DNA of 64,000 nucleotides from Candidatus Marinacidobacterales bacterium (GTDB taxonomy: Bacteria > Acidobacteriota > Vicinamibacteria > Marinacidobacterales > DATDRI01). Within the stretch, counting starts at the first letter, position 1. Each line of letters begins with the position of its first letter. The stretch lies in NCBI GenBank assembly GCA_965226495.1, contig OZ245365.1, positions 1,120,001-1,184,000 on the forward strand, in the 5' to 3' direction. The notes under the pieces were generated by a model that was not told the DNA's origin, did no database searches, and saw nothing but the letters and a program-made list of their open reading frames with translations. A program made the position numbers and the translations under genes. Shown here piece by piece: positions 48,549 to 57,808 of this stretch.

Positions 48549-49787
48549 TCACTCCTCGCTCCGCGGGCCGGGAGGTGACACTTTGGTGCCGTATCGTTCG
48601 TTGATTTCGTCGTAGATTTGCTGCACCACGTCGGGGAAGGGCACTCGTCCACCCACAATGAGATCCGAGAATCCAATCTGCTGGCTGAAGTCGGGCGGCA
48701 ATTTTGGCTGCGTCGCAGGCTGGGGCCAGATGTCTTCATCGATTGCAGCCATCCGCACCCGAACGTCATCCCGCGTCACGTTGAAGACCATATAATCGGT
48801 GCCCAGAGCGAGCGGACCGTCATAGGTCTTGCGAATGTCGGCGAGAACCGTCGGCGCGGTATCGAAGTCGTTGAAAAAGTGATACCCCACGGCCATCCGC
48901 GGCTTGATTCCTGCCATCACTTTGCCGAACTGCGCCGGCGAGGTGTGAACCTGGGTCCCGACGTTGAGAGCCGTCTGGGGTGTGAATCTCTGCTTCTCGA
49001 TCAGGACGGAGGGTGGCGCGAAGCACTCGTGGGTCGCGATGTCTGCGTCCTTGGTGTGCTCCATCCACCACTTGTTCGGAAACGTGTCACTGCTGTAAGC
49101 GAACTTGAGACCGTTCCACTCGAGAATGAAACTCACCGGGCCGTCCAGAGCATGAATGGCCGGAATCGAGCGGATAGTGACGCCGTTCTCGCTGTAGATC
49201 GCTTTGTTGACCGCCCTGTAGTCGAACTCGTTGACCTCGATCTCCAAGCCTCGAATGTCCACGTTCCCGAGGCGAGACCCTTTGTCCCAAGTCAGCATTT
49301 TCTCCATGTGCTCGATAGCATAGGCGATACCGTACTCTGGCGCGTGTCCGGAAGGCCCCCAGACCCGCATCGTGTTGACCCGGTTCCCAATCACACCACC
49401 CACCCAGAGCGCGTCCATGTCCCCGAAGTGATCGGAGTGTAGGTGCCCAATAAAGACCTTGTCGAGATAGTCGTATGGGATCTTCATAGCCGAGATGCGC
49501 TCCGCCGAACCGGTCCCGATGTCGAAAATGAATCTGTCACCGTTTCCGAGCTCGACGAGCCAACAGGCGGCCGCCTGTTTCGGTCGGGCGTTGGGCATTC
49601 CCGTACCGCAGGCCGTCACCCGCATCTCATCCGGACCGAGCGCCTCCGTGCCCGGGTAGTAGACGTCGTGCTCCGGAAGAGCGTCGACTGGTGAGGATTG
49701 TGGTTGCGCGGCGATCAACAAGACGGCCGCGAGGCAGGCCGCGAAACCCGCGAGAAAGGTAAAAAAGTAGCTCGTTCGTTTGATCAT
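48549..49787 (-). CDS. MBL-fold metallo-hydrolase (RNase Z/AtsA arylsulfatase-like, GntH-like family)
   Basis: ACGTGMP, FDIGTG, GHLHSDHFGD, PAIHALDG, YSSDT, HTSPAQFG; N-terminal signal/TM segment. Confidence 0.85.
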   Translation of the reverse strand: MIKRTSYFFTFLAGFAACLAAVLLIAAQPQSSPVDALPEHDVYYPGTEALGPDEMRVTACGTGMPNARPKQAAACWLVELGNGDRFIFDIGTGSAERISAMKIPYDYLDKVFIGHLHSDHFGDMDALWVGGVIGNRVNTMRVWGPSGHAPEYGIAYAIEHMEKMLTWDKGSRLGNVDIRGLEIEVNEFDYRAVNKAIYSENGVTIRSIPAIHALDGPVSFILEWNGLKFAYSSDTFPNKWWMEHTKDADIATHECFAPPSVLIEKQRFTPQTALNVGTQVHTSPAQFGKVMAGIKPRMAVGYHFFNDFDTAPTVLADIRKTYDGPLALGTDYMVFNVTRDDVRVRMAAIDEDIWPQPATQPKLPPDFSQQIGFSDLIVGGRVPFPDVVQQIYDEINERYGTKVSPPGPRSEE

Positions 49788-50240
49788 CAGAACACTCCCT
49801 TCGGTCCGTTTGACCTCATTTGCTGTCGCAAGCGACCGACGTGCTCAGCCCCGAGCTCGTTGAAAGCTTCAGTTGGGCGCCGCTTATTGTTGTTTGTCTT
49901 CTCCACGTCCTCGGCATGTCTTCCTCCCGGCCAGAATTCGAAACCAATGCCGATGAGCGGCCCCTGCGAGGTGGCTTCGTACCGATAAAAGTCTGGAAGG
50001 CGGTCCGTCCCTTGCTCGTACTCGACATCCATCCACCGGTACTGAACCACGAGCAGGATCTTCTCGCGCAAGAGAAATGCGACACCACCCTGAAGATTTG
50101 TCGTTAGCTCCGACCCTGCACCGAAGCCACCGAAGTCGGCCCTTGCCGACAAACGGATTTTCGGGTGCACCTGGCCGATCCAGCGGGCACCGACGATCGG
50201 GTCGAGCCAGTCGATGGCGAAGTCTACGGCCGGGCCGCCG
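49787..50240 (-). pseudogene. C-terminal fragment of an outer-membrane beta-barrel protein
   Basis: DWLDPIVGARW...RADFGGFGAGS...YRWMDVEY...GPLIGIGFEF. No N-terminus or start is present and the frame reads past the expected terminal Phe. Confidence 0.65.
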
Positions 50241-50264
50241 ATGGTTCGTCTTGACTCTCTCAGT

Positions 50265-50777
50265 TCACTTCTTCCGCGTGAACTGAACCGTCGTGAAATG
50301 ATCCTTGCCTGTTTCCTTCCAGGTCCATTTCTGCGTGAAGTGATTCTCGTCTTGGAAGGTCACGACCAATCCGCTGATATGAGCGTGGTTCGTACTGTTT
50401 AGGTTCGTCCCTCCGGTGAAAGTGAAATCGAGAACCTTGGGATCACCTGTAATGGGTTCGGTCTGCATCCGCGGTTGATTGTTCCCGGTGCAGTAGTGGG
50501 TGAGCGCCACGCGATCGTAATCCAGATTGTAGATCGTCACCATAGGAGCTTCGGCTTCGGACCCGAGCGTCTCCATGAGTGCGGTCCCTCCGGAGATGAG
50601 CTCGTAGGAGGCTTCGCGTGAAGTGCCATCTTCGGCCTGTCCTTCCCACTCACCGACCAGCGTCTTGAGTTTGTCGAAACCGATCTGACCTTTGGAATCT
50701 CCGGCCGTTGCACTGGCACTGATCGCTAGGACAAAGATGGCCGCCGATAGTGCTGACAGTAGGGTTAATCGCTTCAT
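50265..50777 (-). CDS. Exported hypothetical protein (THYC..NQPRM motif)
   Basis: Signal peptide; FDKLKTLVGEWEG, LTHYCTGNNQPRM; AAGGAGA RBS. Confidence 0.75.
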   Translation of the reverse strand: MKRLTLLSALSAAIFVLAISASATAGDSKGQIGFDKLKTLVGEWEGQAEDGTSREASYELISGGTALMETLGSEAEAPMVTIYNLDYDRVALTHYCTGNNQPRMQTEPITGDPKVLDFTFTGGTNLNSTNHAHISGLVVTFQDENHFTQKWTWKETGKDHFTTVQFTRKK

Positions 50778-50821
50778 CAATATCTCCTTTGTTGGCTTAG
50801 TACTTCATTGCAGGGTTGTGG

Positions 50822-52960
50822 TCAAAAACGAACCAAGTACGAGAACTTGACGAAGAACTGGCTCGCATCGTTCATGAATACGTTTCGGGTTCGGGCCAAG
50901 CCGCTCGCCGTTGTCTGAAGCCTAGGGTCGATGTTTTGCAGGTTACCGTTATAGCCCACGTACAAAGCGGTGCCGTGGTGCAGGAAATAGGTGAACAAGA
51001 AATCGGCGTTGAAATTCTTGGTGTTGGGGAGGCTCGTTCTCGCCGCATTAGCCAGGACGGCGTTGTACTGAAGGATGGCGCGAACCGACAAGGCCCGTGT
51101 GACTTGATAGTTCAGTTTGGATTGGACGATGTGATTGTTGAAGACGCAGCCGTCGCCCTCGCGATCCGTCAGGCGGGTCAGCAGATACCGAGTGTCGAGT
51201 GTCAGCGAGGTTACCGGCCGCAAGACAATTCCGAGATCCGCGGACGTGAGGTTCTCCAAAGTCGGTTTCTCGCCCCGGGGCGGTTGGAAGTTGATCCCGG
51301 TTCCGGTGACGAAATGGGTGTTGAAGTTGACTTGTGGGACGAAGGCCGTTGAGAACATCAAGCCTCCAATCGATTGCGAGAAGCGTTCGTTGGTCGAGAG
51401 CCCTGGGAAATCCTGCGGCCTAAGGGTTTCGTTAATGTCGAGGTAATAGGCGCCCAGTCTCGTTTGGCGCGTCCATTCCCAGTGAATCGCCGGGCCGTAG
51501 GTGAGCTCGAGCTCGGTACCGTCGTGGTCCGTGGTCTGCACAATCTTGAAGTCCGGACCCCAGGATACGAAGCGCTCTCCCTCCGGACGAAAACGGTAGC
51601 CGGCAAGTTGATCCACGGAGCGAATGTCCGGGCGAGGATCGAAGCCCACGGCGGTGCGGAAGCCCGGGCTTCGATCTCGATAGTTCAGGTTGTAGTTGAA
51701 CTGCCGGCCGGAGCGGTTGAGACTCGCCTCATAGGCAGGGCCATGAAGCGTGGCGCCGTCGAGAAACGTCGTCGCGCTGGTCGCGGCTTGGAAAGCCGCG
51801 GTCCAGTTCTGATTGAGCTTGAAGCGACCGTCGACTCCCGCGACACGGTTGCTGCTCTGTGCAAACTCGCGGTCGGTATAGATCGCTCCGATGCTGGATT
51901 GATTGCCGATGTCTCGGCTGAGTCGGAAAATGCCGAAAAGAGCACGCTCGTCCGAAATGACCCCTGGAATCGCGCGGCTCGACGATCGATCGTCGGTGAC
52001 GAGGGCACCGATTGCGTAAGGCCCTAGTTTGCCCGTCATCCGGACGCCGGCGGAAGGATCTTGAATCCGCCGAGTGAAGACGAGATTGATCGGAGTCTGA
52101 AAGAAACTGGCATTCTCGAGGAAGAACGGTCGCTTCTCGGGAAAGAAGACCTCAAAGCGCTGGTTGACGGTCACTTGGGGTTCGTCGGACTCCACTTGGC
52201 TCGATCGAAGTTGCGGGCGTCCAGCGCGCGGAACGCCCGATAAAAGGCATAAGGAATCAGATGCACGTTTCGTCCGGGAGATACGTTCTCGATTCCGGTC
52301 ATTAGCCCCGCCTGGTTCAACCGCCCTTCAACGCGGCTGGAGTAGGTCGGCCAATATGACTCCTCGTTGTTTCGGGGAATGTTGCGCTGCAGCATCAGTC
52401 CCCACGATTGCTGCGAAGCCGGGGAGAACCGGAGACTGCGGAAGGGGACAGACATCCAGACCACGTAACCGCGCTCAGTCCTTTGGCCTTTCGAATGCCA
52501 CACCGTGTCGAAGGAGTAATCCCAGCCTTGGCCTTCGATCCAGACGCCGGTGTTCTGAATCCCGAGAGGATTCGCCGCAAAGGCGTAGGCACGCCGTTGA
52601 TCCCGAAACGTATCGATTTGAATGGAAATGAAGTCGTCGTCGAGGACCTGCTCTCCCCGCGCCACCATACGGGCTCGGATCTTTGCCGGGTCGTCATCGA
52701 AGCATACGAAGACCACGTAAAGGTTGGTGTCATCGTAAGACAGATAGACGTCAGTCCGCTGCGTGGACTCGGCCCCGTCTCTCGGAGTGCGCTGAACGAA
52801 GCCACGAACTTTCGCCATGGCGGTTTCGCCGGACTCGGACATGTCGAGAAAGTCGGTCAGCTGAGGCGCCTCGTCGGTCCGGGGAACCTTGAACACCGAG
52901 CGTGGGGTCGCGACGGCCGGCGGCGATAAGACTGACAGCGCGAGTAAGACCGGGAGTCAT
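50822..52960 (-). pseudogene. CBM9-like sugar-binding + DUF5916 outer-membrane protein, with a frameshift near the start and a deletion near 52201
   Basis: YDDTNLYVVFVCFD, DTFRDQRRAYAF..NPLGIQ / SQVESDEPQVTVNQRFEVFFPEKRPFFLE...FVKFSYLVRF. Signal peptide LPVLLALSVL is out of frame with ATG 52960. Confidence 0.8.
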
Positions 52961-53757
52961 GCGAAGAGCTCTTGGAGTACGTCGTTCCAGCGCTTCTCGA
53001 ACTCGGTGACTTCGTGCTGCGGTATGCCGTAGGTGGATAGCCAGACGGTGGCACTACCACCCTGTGACGACGGATCGAGCTTCACGCGAAGCAAGGAGTC
53101 GTTTCGATCCTCAACCGTTCCACTGAATTGCTTTCCAGGTGTGTTGACTTGAACCACGCCACGAAAGACTTCGCCTGTCGCGGATGTAATGGAGTAACGG
53201 TCTCCCTCTTGCAGGCCCTCGAGCGTGCCTTGCTTCACGACGGCACTCGGTCCCACGAGGCGAGACCAGGCGTCATCGAAGGGGATTCGAAAGGTTGCCA
53301 GGGCCCACGCCACCAGCCGACGCTCTCCGGCGTGTTTTTCGAGGTAGTGCCTGAGGCCTCGAAGCTCGAAGTCCCAGCCGCGATGAAAGGATTCGAAATA
53401 CTCGTTGTCCCAGTCGTCGCCGTAGCGAAATCCGGAGTGGACGACGCGAAGAACGGTGGTTCCTCCCTTCGCCTCCAAGAAGTAGTCCAGGATGAGCGGT
53501 GTTACTTCCTTCGCGGAGCCACTCGTGAATTTGGGGGCACCGACGGAACGGAGGCGATGGTTCGGCTCCCAGATCTCGATGCGCGAATCCCACACCGAAT
53601 ACTGCTTGGTCCAGCTCAACTCGACGTTGCCGCCCACCCCCGGATTCACCGTCGCCTCGAGAGGAAACCAGCCCATGAGCTCGTCGGCGTCGGTGAGCGC
53701 TTTCCAGACGCTCTCTACGGGTGCGTCGATTTCGATTTCTGTCTCAAAGGTTCTCAT
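52957..53757 (-). CDS. SRPBCC/AHSA1-like domain protein
   Basis: IEIDAPVESVWKALTD...WF, GGTTVLRVVHSGF, RGW...L..YLE. Confidence 0.88.
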   Translation of the reverse strand: MRTFETEIEIDAPVESVWKALTDADELMGWFPLEATVNPGVGGNVELSWTKQYSVWDSRIEIWEPNHRLRSVGAPKFTSGSAKEVTPLILDYFLEAKGGTTVLRVVHSGFRYGDDWDNEYFESFHRGWDFELRGLRHYLEKHAGERRLVAWALATFRIPFDDAWSRLVGPSAVVKQGTLEGLQEGDRYSITSATGEVFRGVVQVNTPGKQFSGTVEDRNDSLLRVKLDPSSQGGSATVWLSTYGIPQHEVTEFEKRWNDVLQELFA

Positions 53758-53775
53758 GATTGATCTCCTTTAATC

Positions 53776-53900
53776 AATGCGCGCGGGGCCCCACCCCCAC
53801 GCGCTGGCCCTCGCTCTTCGCTCGGGCCTCAGACACGGCCGGTTCCCTTGGCGCCCGCACTCCATGAGCCAATTCCTCCCGGCCGGCGGGCCTCCGGCCC
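53776..53900 (-). repeat. Intergenic repeat family B, long copy overlapping the 3' end of the regulator gene
   Basis: Aligns with 21438-21571 and 11006-11033. Confidence 0.85.
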
Positions 53901-54503
53901 GTCACTTGCGGGATAGGAACCCAGGAAAACCTCAAAGCTTCGGCCTCCCGCAGCCTTCTCGTCGTGGTACTTCGCGACGAGCTGCTCCACTGCCTCAGTG
54001 AGCTCCTCAGCGAATCCGTTCCTCTCTTTTGCGGATGCGAAACGAACCTGCGTTTGCATGGAGAGCGTGGGGAGTTTTTTTCGTGCTTTGGCAGCGTGTT
54101 CCCGCAGCAGCCCGACGTGGCGGATGACGCGAGCAGCGAGCGCCACCAGATAGGCCGACGAAAAACGATCCCCGATGCGGTCGGGATCCGCCGCCACTCC
54201 CCCAAGAGCCCGCGGTGCCACCACGAAAGCCCTCGCTGCGGTTCTCAAGATCCGCTCCGTGCAATTGCCCTTGCGTCGTTCCTCGACGAGCTCGACAAAT
54301 CCTGAGCCCTCGAGCTCCCTGAGGTGATAGTTCAGCTTCTGCCGGGGGAGGGAGAGCTTACGGGCGAGTCCCGAAGCCGAGTCGGGCTCCTGGAGCTCTT
54401 CGACGATACGGAGCCGTAACGGATCCATTAGAACGGCCGCGCGATCCACCTGCTCGACCATGTCGAGGGTCGCCACCTGAAGTTGTTCGGTAACGGGGCT
54501 CAT
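53829..54503 (-). CDS. ArsR-like winged-helix transcriptional regulator
   Basis: DPLRLRIVEEL.EPDSASGLARKL.LPRQKLNYHLRELE..GFVELVEERRKGNCTER. Confidence 0.88.
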   Translation of the reverse strand: MSPVTEQLQVATLDMVEQVDRAAVLMDPLRLRIVEELQEPDSASGLARKLSLPRQKLNYHLRELEGSGFVELVEERRKGNCTERILRTAARAFVVAPRALGGVAADPDRIGDRFSSAYLVALAARVIRHVGLLREHAAKARKKLPTLSMQTQVRFASAKERNGFAEELTEAVEQLVAKYHDEKAAGGRSFEVFLGSYPASDGPEARRPGGIGSWSAGAKGTGRV

Positions 54504-54526
54504 GGGTTCTCCCTCCTCATGGTTAG

Positions 54527-54561
54527 AAGATAGTTCCGATTAATAAATTTGTCAAGACAAA
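54527..54561 (-). promoter_or_regulatory. Sigma70-like promoter (TTGACA-N17-TATCTT) overlapped by palindrome TTTGTC-AA-GACAAA
   Basis: -35 at 54555-54550, -10 at 54532-54527, inverted repeat at 54548-54561, all upstream of the ArsR-like gene. Confidence 0.7.
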
Positions 54562-54640
54562 ATAATATGTCGGTAAAAGAGAGGACCGCGCTTTAAGTTA
54601 CTTATTTTGAGTCTATTAGAGGTAGAATGACGCCGCGGAC

Positions 54641-54914
54641 ATGCGTCATTCTCTGCTGCTCTCGCTGGTACTGTCCTGGGCCTGCGGTTCCGGGCCCGAC
54701 GCGGACATGGATCGAGCGGCTTCCGAGGCACCAAGCGTCGCGTTCCTGCTGGTTCAAGCCCTCAGCCCTTTCGAGGTGGAGATCTGGGAGGCCATCCAGC
54801 GAGCCGAAGAGGATGGCGACGCGTCGCGGGTCAAGATGGTGGAGATGAAAGACCCGACCGAGTTCGAGACGACCGTCCGTCAGGTTAGCAACGCCGGCTA
54901 CGACGTTGTGGTCA
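54641..54914 (+). pseudogene. N-terminal fragment of a BMP-family nucleoside ABC substrate-binding lipoprotein
   Basis: SWAC lipobox-like site; VAFLL...IWEAIQRA...FETTVRQVSNAGYDVVV, then an abrupt change of sequence family. Confidence 0.7.
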
Positions 54915-55185
54915 GGCAGGGATGGCACTTTCTTTGTCGCACTTGGGAATCTTCTCCGAAGGGATGACCGCCGGCCGCGGGTTCATCGCGTTCGCGGCGG
55001 CCGCCTTTGCCAGCGGAAACATTCCCGGTACGGTGGGGGCCGCTCTTCTCTTTGCCTTCTTCGGTAGCGTGGCCATCCGCCTCGAGGGAGTGGGGCTCCC
55101 TACCCATTTCGTCCAGATGATCCCTTATCTCGTGACGCTGGGAGCACTGTTCTTGGCCAGCCGTCTAAGGACCGCCCAGGCCTGA
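54915..55185 (+). pseudogene. C-terminal fragment of a nucleoside ABC permease
   Basis: AGMALSL...FSEGMTAGRGFIAFAA...AALLFAFF...QMIPYLVTL. Confidence 0.8.
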
Positions 55186-55212
55186 GCGAGCGATGCTATC
55201 ATCCGAACGCCC

Positions 55213-56195
55213 ATGACAAACGACGCATTCCCAGAGTTCAAGCTGCCTGACGAGCTTCTGGGTCGGCCGGTGGACGTGATGGTGCTGGGAAACTCACGGC
55301 TCGAGATGGAGTGCAAGTTCCCGGTTGGTCCGCCGTCGGGGGACAAAAAGACCTTCGTATCGAAAGGCCGATCTACACCGCCGGCGGATGTGGGGCCAAT
55401 GTCGCGTGTTTCACGGCGCGCCTGGGAGGTCGAGCCGCTTTGGTGAGTCGCGTGGGCGACGGGAGAGATAGTGAGCCCGTCTGGGACGAGCTCCGTCGAT
55501 CCGGGGTCGAAACGCGCTACGTCAAACGCGTCGGGGGCACCGAGGGAAGTCTTCTCGTTATTCTCACCAATCCCGATGGCGACTGGACAGTATTGAGTTA
55601 TGTCGATGCGACGCTCGAGGTTCGACCGGAGGATTTGCCGGGTAAGGAGGCTCTCGGGAGCGCGAAGATTCTTCACATCGAAGGCTTCTACTTGGGGCAG
55701 GATCACCCCGATCTGGAGAGCGTCGTTTCGAAAGCACGTGAGGCGGGTTGTTTGATCTCGACCGACGGCGCGACCCCAGTGGCGAATTCGCGGCCGGCAC
55801 GACTGACGCAGTTTTTCGGCATGAGTGATATCGTGTTTGCGAACCGGTCGGAAGCATTGGCGGCTAGCAAGGCGAAAACACCGGAAGACGCAGCGGCGGC
55901 CTTTCCGTCCATGGGGCCGCGACTTTCTTTCTTGAAGCTGGGCCAGGAAGGCTCGTGGGTCGTGACGTCGGAGCGACTTGGCCGCGTGCCGGCCTATGCA
56001 GTCGATGTCGTCGACACTGTTGCAGCGGGTGATGCCTACGCTGCCGCGGCGCTTCTGCACTTGTGCCAAGGCGGAACGCTTTCTGCGGCGGCGAAGCGGG
56101 GGAGTGCGGCGGGAGCCCTCGCATGCCGCGGCCCTGGCTCGCTCTCCAGTGTTTTTGACACGAGGGACGTCGACGCGTTATTGGAAAACTCATGA
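55213..56195 (+). pseudogene. PfkB/ribokinase-family kinase with a frameshift near 55308
   Basis: DVMVLGN in one frame, then GGCGANVA...RVGD, FANRSEA, LKLGQEGS, VVDTVAAGDAY in the next. Confidence 0.8.
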
Positions 56196-57013
56196 CCAAA
56201 TCCATTCACGAAAGATTCGGCGGGCAATGCATGCCTGATGACATCGCCTCCTACGTGTTGGTGCCGGGGAGTCAGGCCCGCGTCGAGAGGTTCGCGTCCG
56301 CGTGGGACACGTCTCGTAAAGTGGCTGAGCACTTCGAGTTTCTCGTTTATACCGGCGAGATGGCGGGCGTCCCCTTGTCCGCATGCTGTACGGGGATTGG
56401 CGGTCGTTCGGTCAGCATCGCGGTCGATGAGCTCGCCGCACTGGGGGCGCGCACGCTTCTTCGAGCGGGCGTCACGGGGTCGATGCAACCTGGCGTTGCT
56501 GCCGGCGATCTCATCATCGCTTCCGGGGCGGTGCGAATGGACAAGACCAGCGAACACTACGTGTTCCTCGAATATCCGGCCGTCGCGGACTTCGAGGTCG
56601 TTGCGGCCTTGATCGCGGCGGCACAGAAGCACGGCTTCCCCTATCACGTCGGTGTCGCGGCCACTTCATCATCTTTTTACTGCGGGGAAGGAACCTCTGG
56701 TTACGGCGAGTACCGTCATTCTGGAATGGATTCGATCGCCTCGGATCTAACGGCGGCTAAGGTCTACGACTGGGATACTGAGACCGCGACACTCCTTACT
56801 CTGGCGGGTCTCTACGGTCTTCGCGCCGGACGCGTGAACGCGGTGGTCGATGATCCCGAGACCGGCAACTACAATCCGATCGGGGAAGAGAGGGCGGTCA
56901 AGACGGCTCTCGAGGCGATCTTGATTCTCGCCGCCTGGGATGAGGAGAAAAAGAGAACGAAGACTCGGTACGCGTTGCCCGATTACCCTCTAAGGAAGGA
57001 CGAGTCATCTTGA
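56192..57013 (+). CDS. Uridine phosphorylase-like nucleoside phosphorylase (divergent)
   Basis: YVLVPG, CTGIGGRSVSIAVDEL, GDLIIASGAVRMDKTSEHY, YPAVADF, SSSFYCGE. Confidence 0.85.
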   Translation: MTKSIHERFGGQCMPDDIASYVLVPGSQARVERFASAWDTSRKVAEHFEFLVYTGEMAGVPLSACCTGIGGRSVSIAVDELAALGARTLLRAGVTGSMQPGVAAGDLIIASGAVRMDKTSEHYVFLEYPAVADFEVVAALIAAAQKHGFPYHVGVAATSSSFYCGEGTSGYGEYRHSGMDSIASDLTAAKVYDWDTETATLLTLAGLYGLRAGRVNAVVDDPETGNYNPIGEERAVKTALEAILILAAWDEEKKRTKTRYALPDYPLRKDESS

Positions 57014-57801
57014 CGGACCCCAGAGAGCACGTCCACTACAACTTCGGCGGCGAATGCCAGCCGGGTGACATTGCTCCGTACGTTCTCTTGCCGACCGCGG
57101 TGCATCAGGTCGAAAAAGCTGTGGCCGACATGGAAAACGCGCGCAAGCTGACCCATCACTATGAGTTTCTGGTCTATACCGGCGAGTACGCGGGGGTTCC
57201 CCTGTCTGTCTGCTCAACCGGGATGGGAGGGATGTCCGTTTCCATTGCCATCGAGGAACTGGCTCGGCTCGGAGCCCGGACCTTATTGCAAGTGGGGTTG
57301 GCAGAGCCGCTACCGGATGAGCCTCCAACCGGAGGTTTGATGATTGCCAAGGGGGCGGCTCGTTTCGACGGGACGAGCAACGACTACGTGCGCCCCGAGT
57401 TCCCGGCGCTCGCACATTTCGAAGTCGTCATGGCCGCGATCGCGGCGGCGGAACATCTCCATCAAGCCTATCGAGTCGGGATCGTCGCATCGCTTGCATC
57501 GACGCCAAGGTCACGAGAGGACGGCGCGCAAATGGTCCACTCCATTCTCGACGAGCGGACCAAGCCGATGCGTGAAGCGATTCGTCAGGCAGGTGTTCAA
57601 GGTGGAAGTGGGGAAGAGGCCACCGTTTTTGTCCAGTCGGCGATCTACGGATTTCGCGCCGGTGCCATCAGCGCGCGCCCCGACGGGGAGGACAGCTTGA
57701 TCGCAACTGGCCTCGAAACGATACGGGTGCTAGGAGAATGGGATCGCAGGAAAGCCGAGGAGAAGGTCCCTCACACGGTACCGCGCGTAGGCGACGTTTG
57801 A
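57010..57801 (+). CDS. Uridine phosphorylase-like paralog with a degenerate active site
   Basis: CSTGMGGMSVSIAIEEL, GAARFDGTSNDY.RPEFPALA; the phosphate-binding arginines are not evident. Confidence 0.75.
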   Translation: MTDPREHVHYNFGGECQPGDIAPYVLLPTAVHQVEKAVADMENARKLTHHYEFLVYTGEYAGVPLSVCSTGMGGMSVSIAIEELARLGARTLLQVGLAEPLPDEPPTGGLMIAKGAARFDGTSNDYVRPEFPALAHFEVVMAAIAAAEHLHQAYRVGIVASLASTPRSREDGAQMVHSILDERTKPMREAIRQAGVQGGSGEEATVFVQSAIYGFRAGAISARPDGEDSLIATGLETIRVLGEWDRRKAEEKVPHTVPRVGDV

Positions 57802-57808
57802 CGGGGAC

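Noticed and set aside
48549-49787. Guanitoxin biosynthesis inferred from the GntH-like hydrolase
   Set aside because: The family is widespread and no other gnt-like genes are adjacent.
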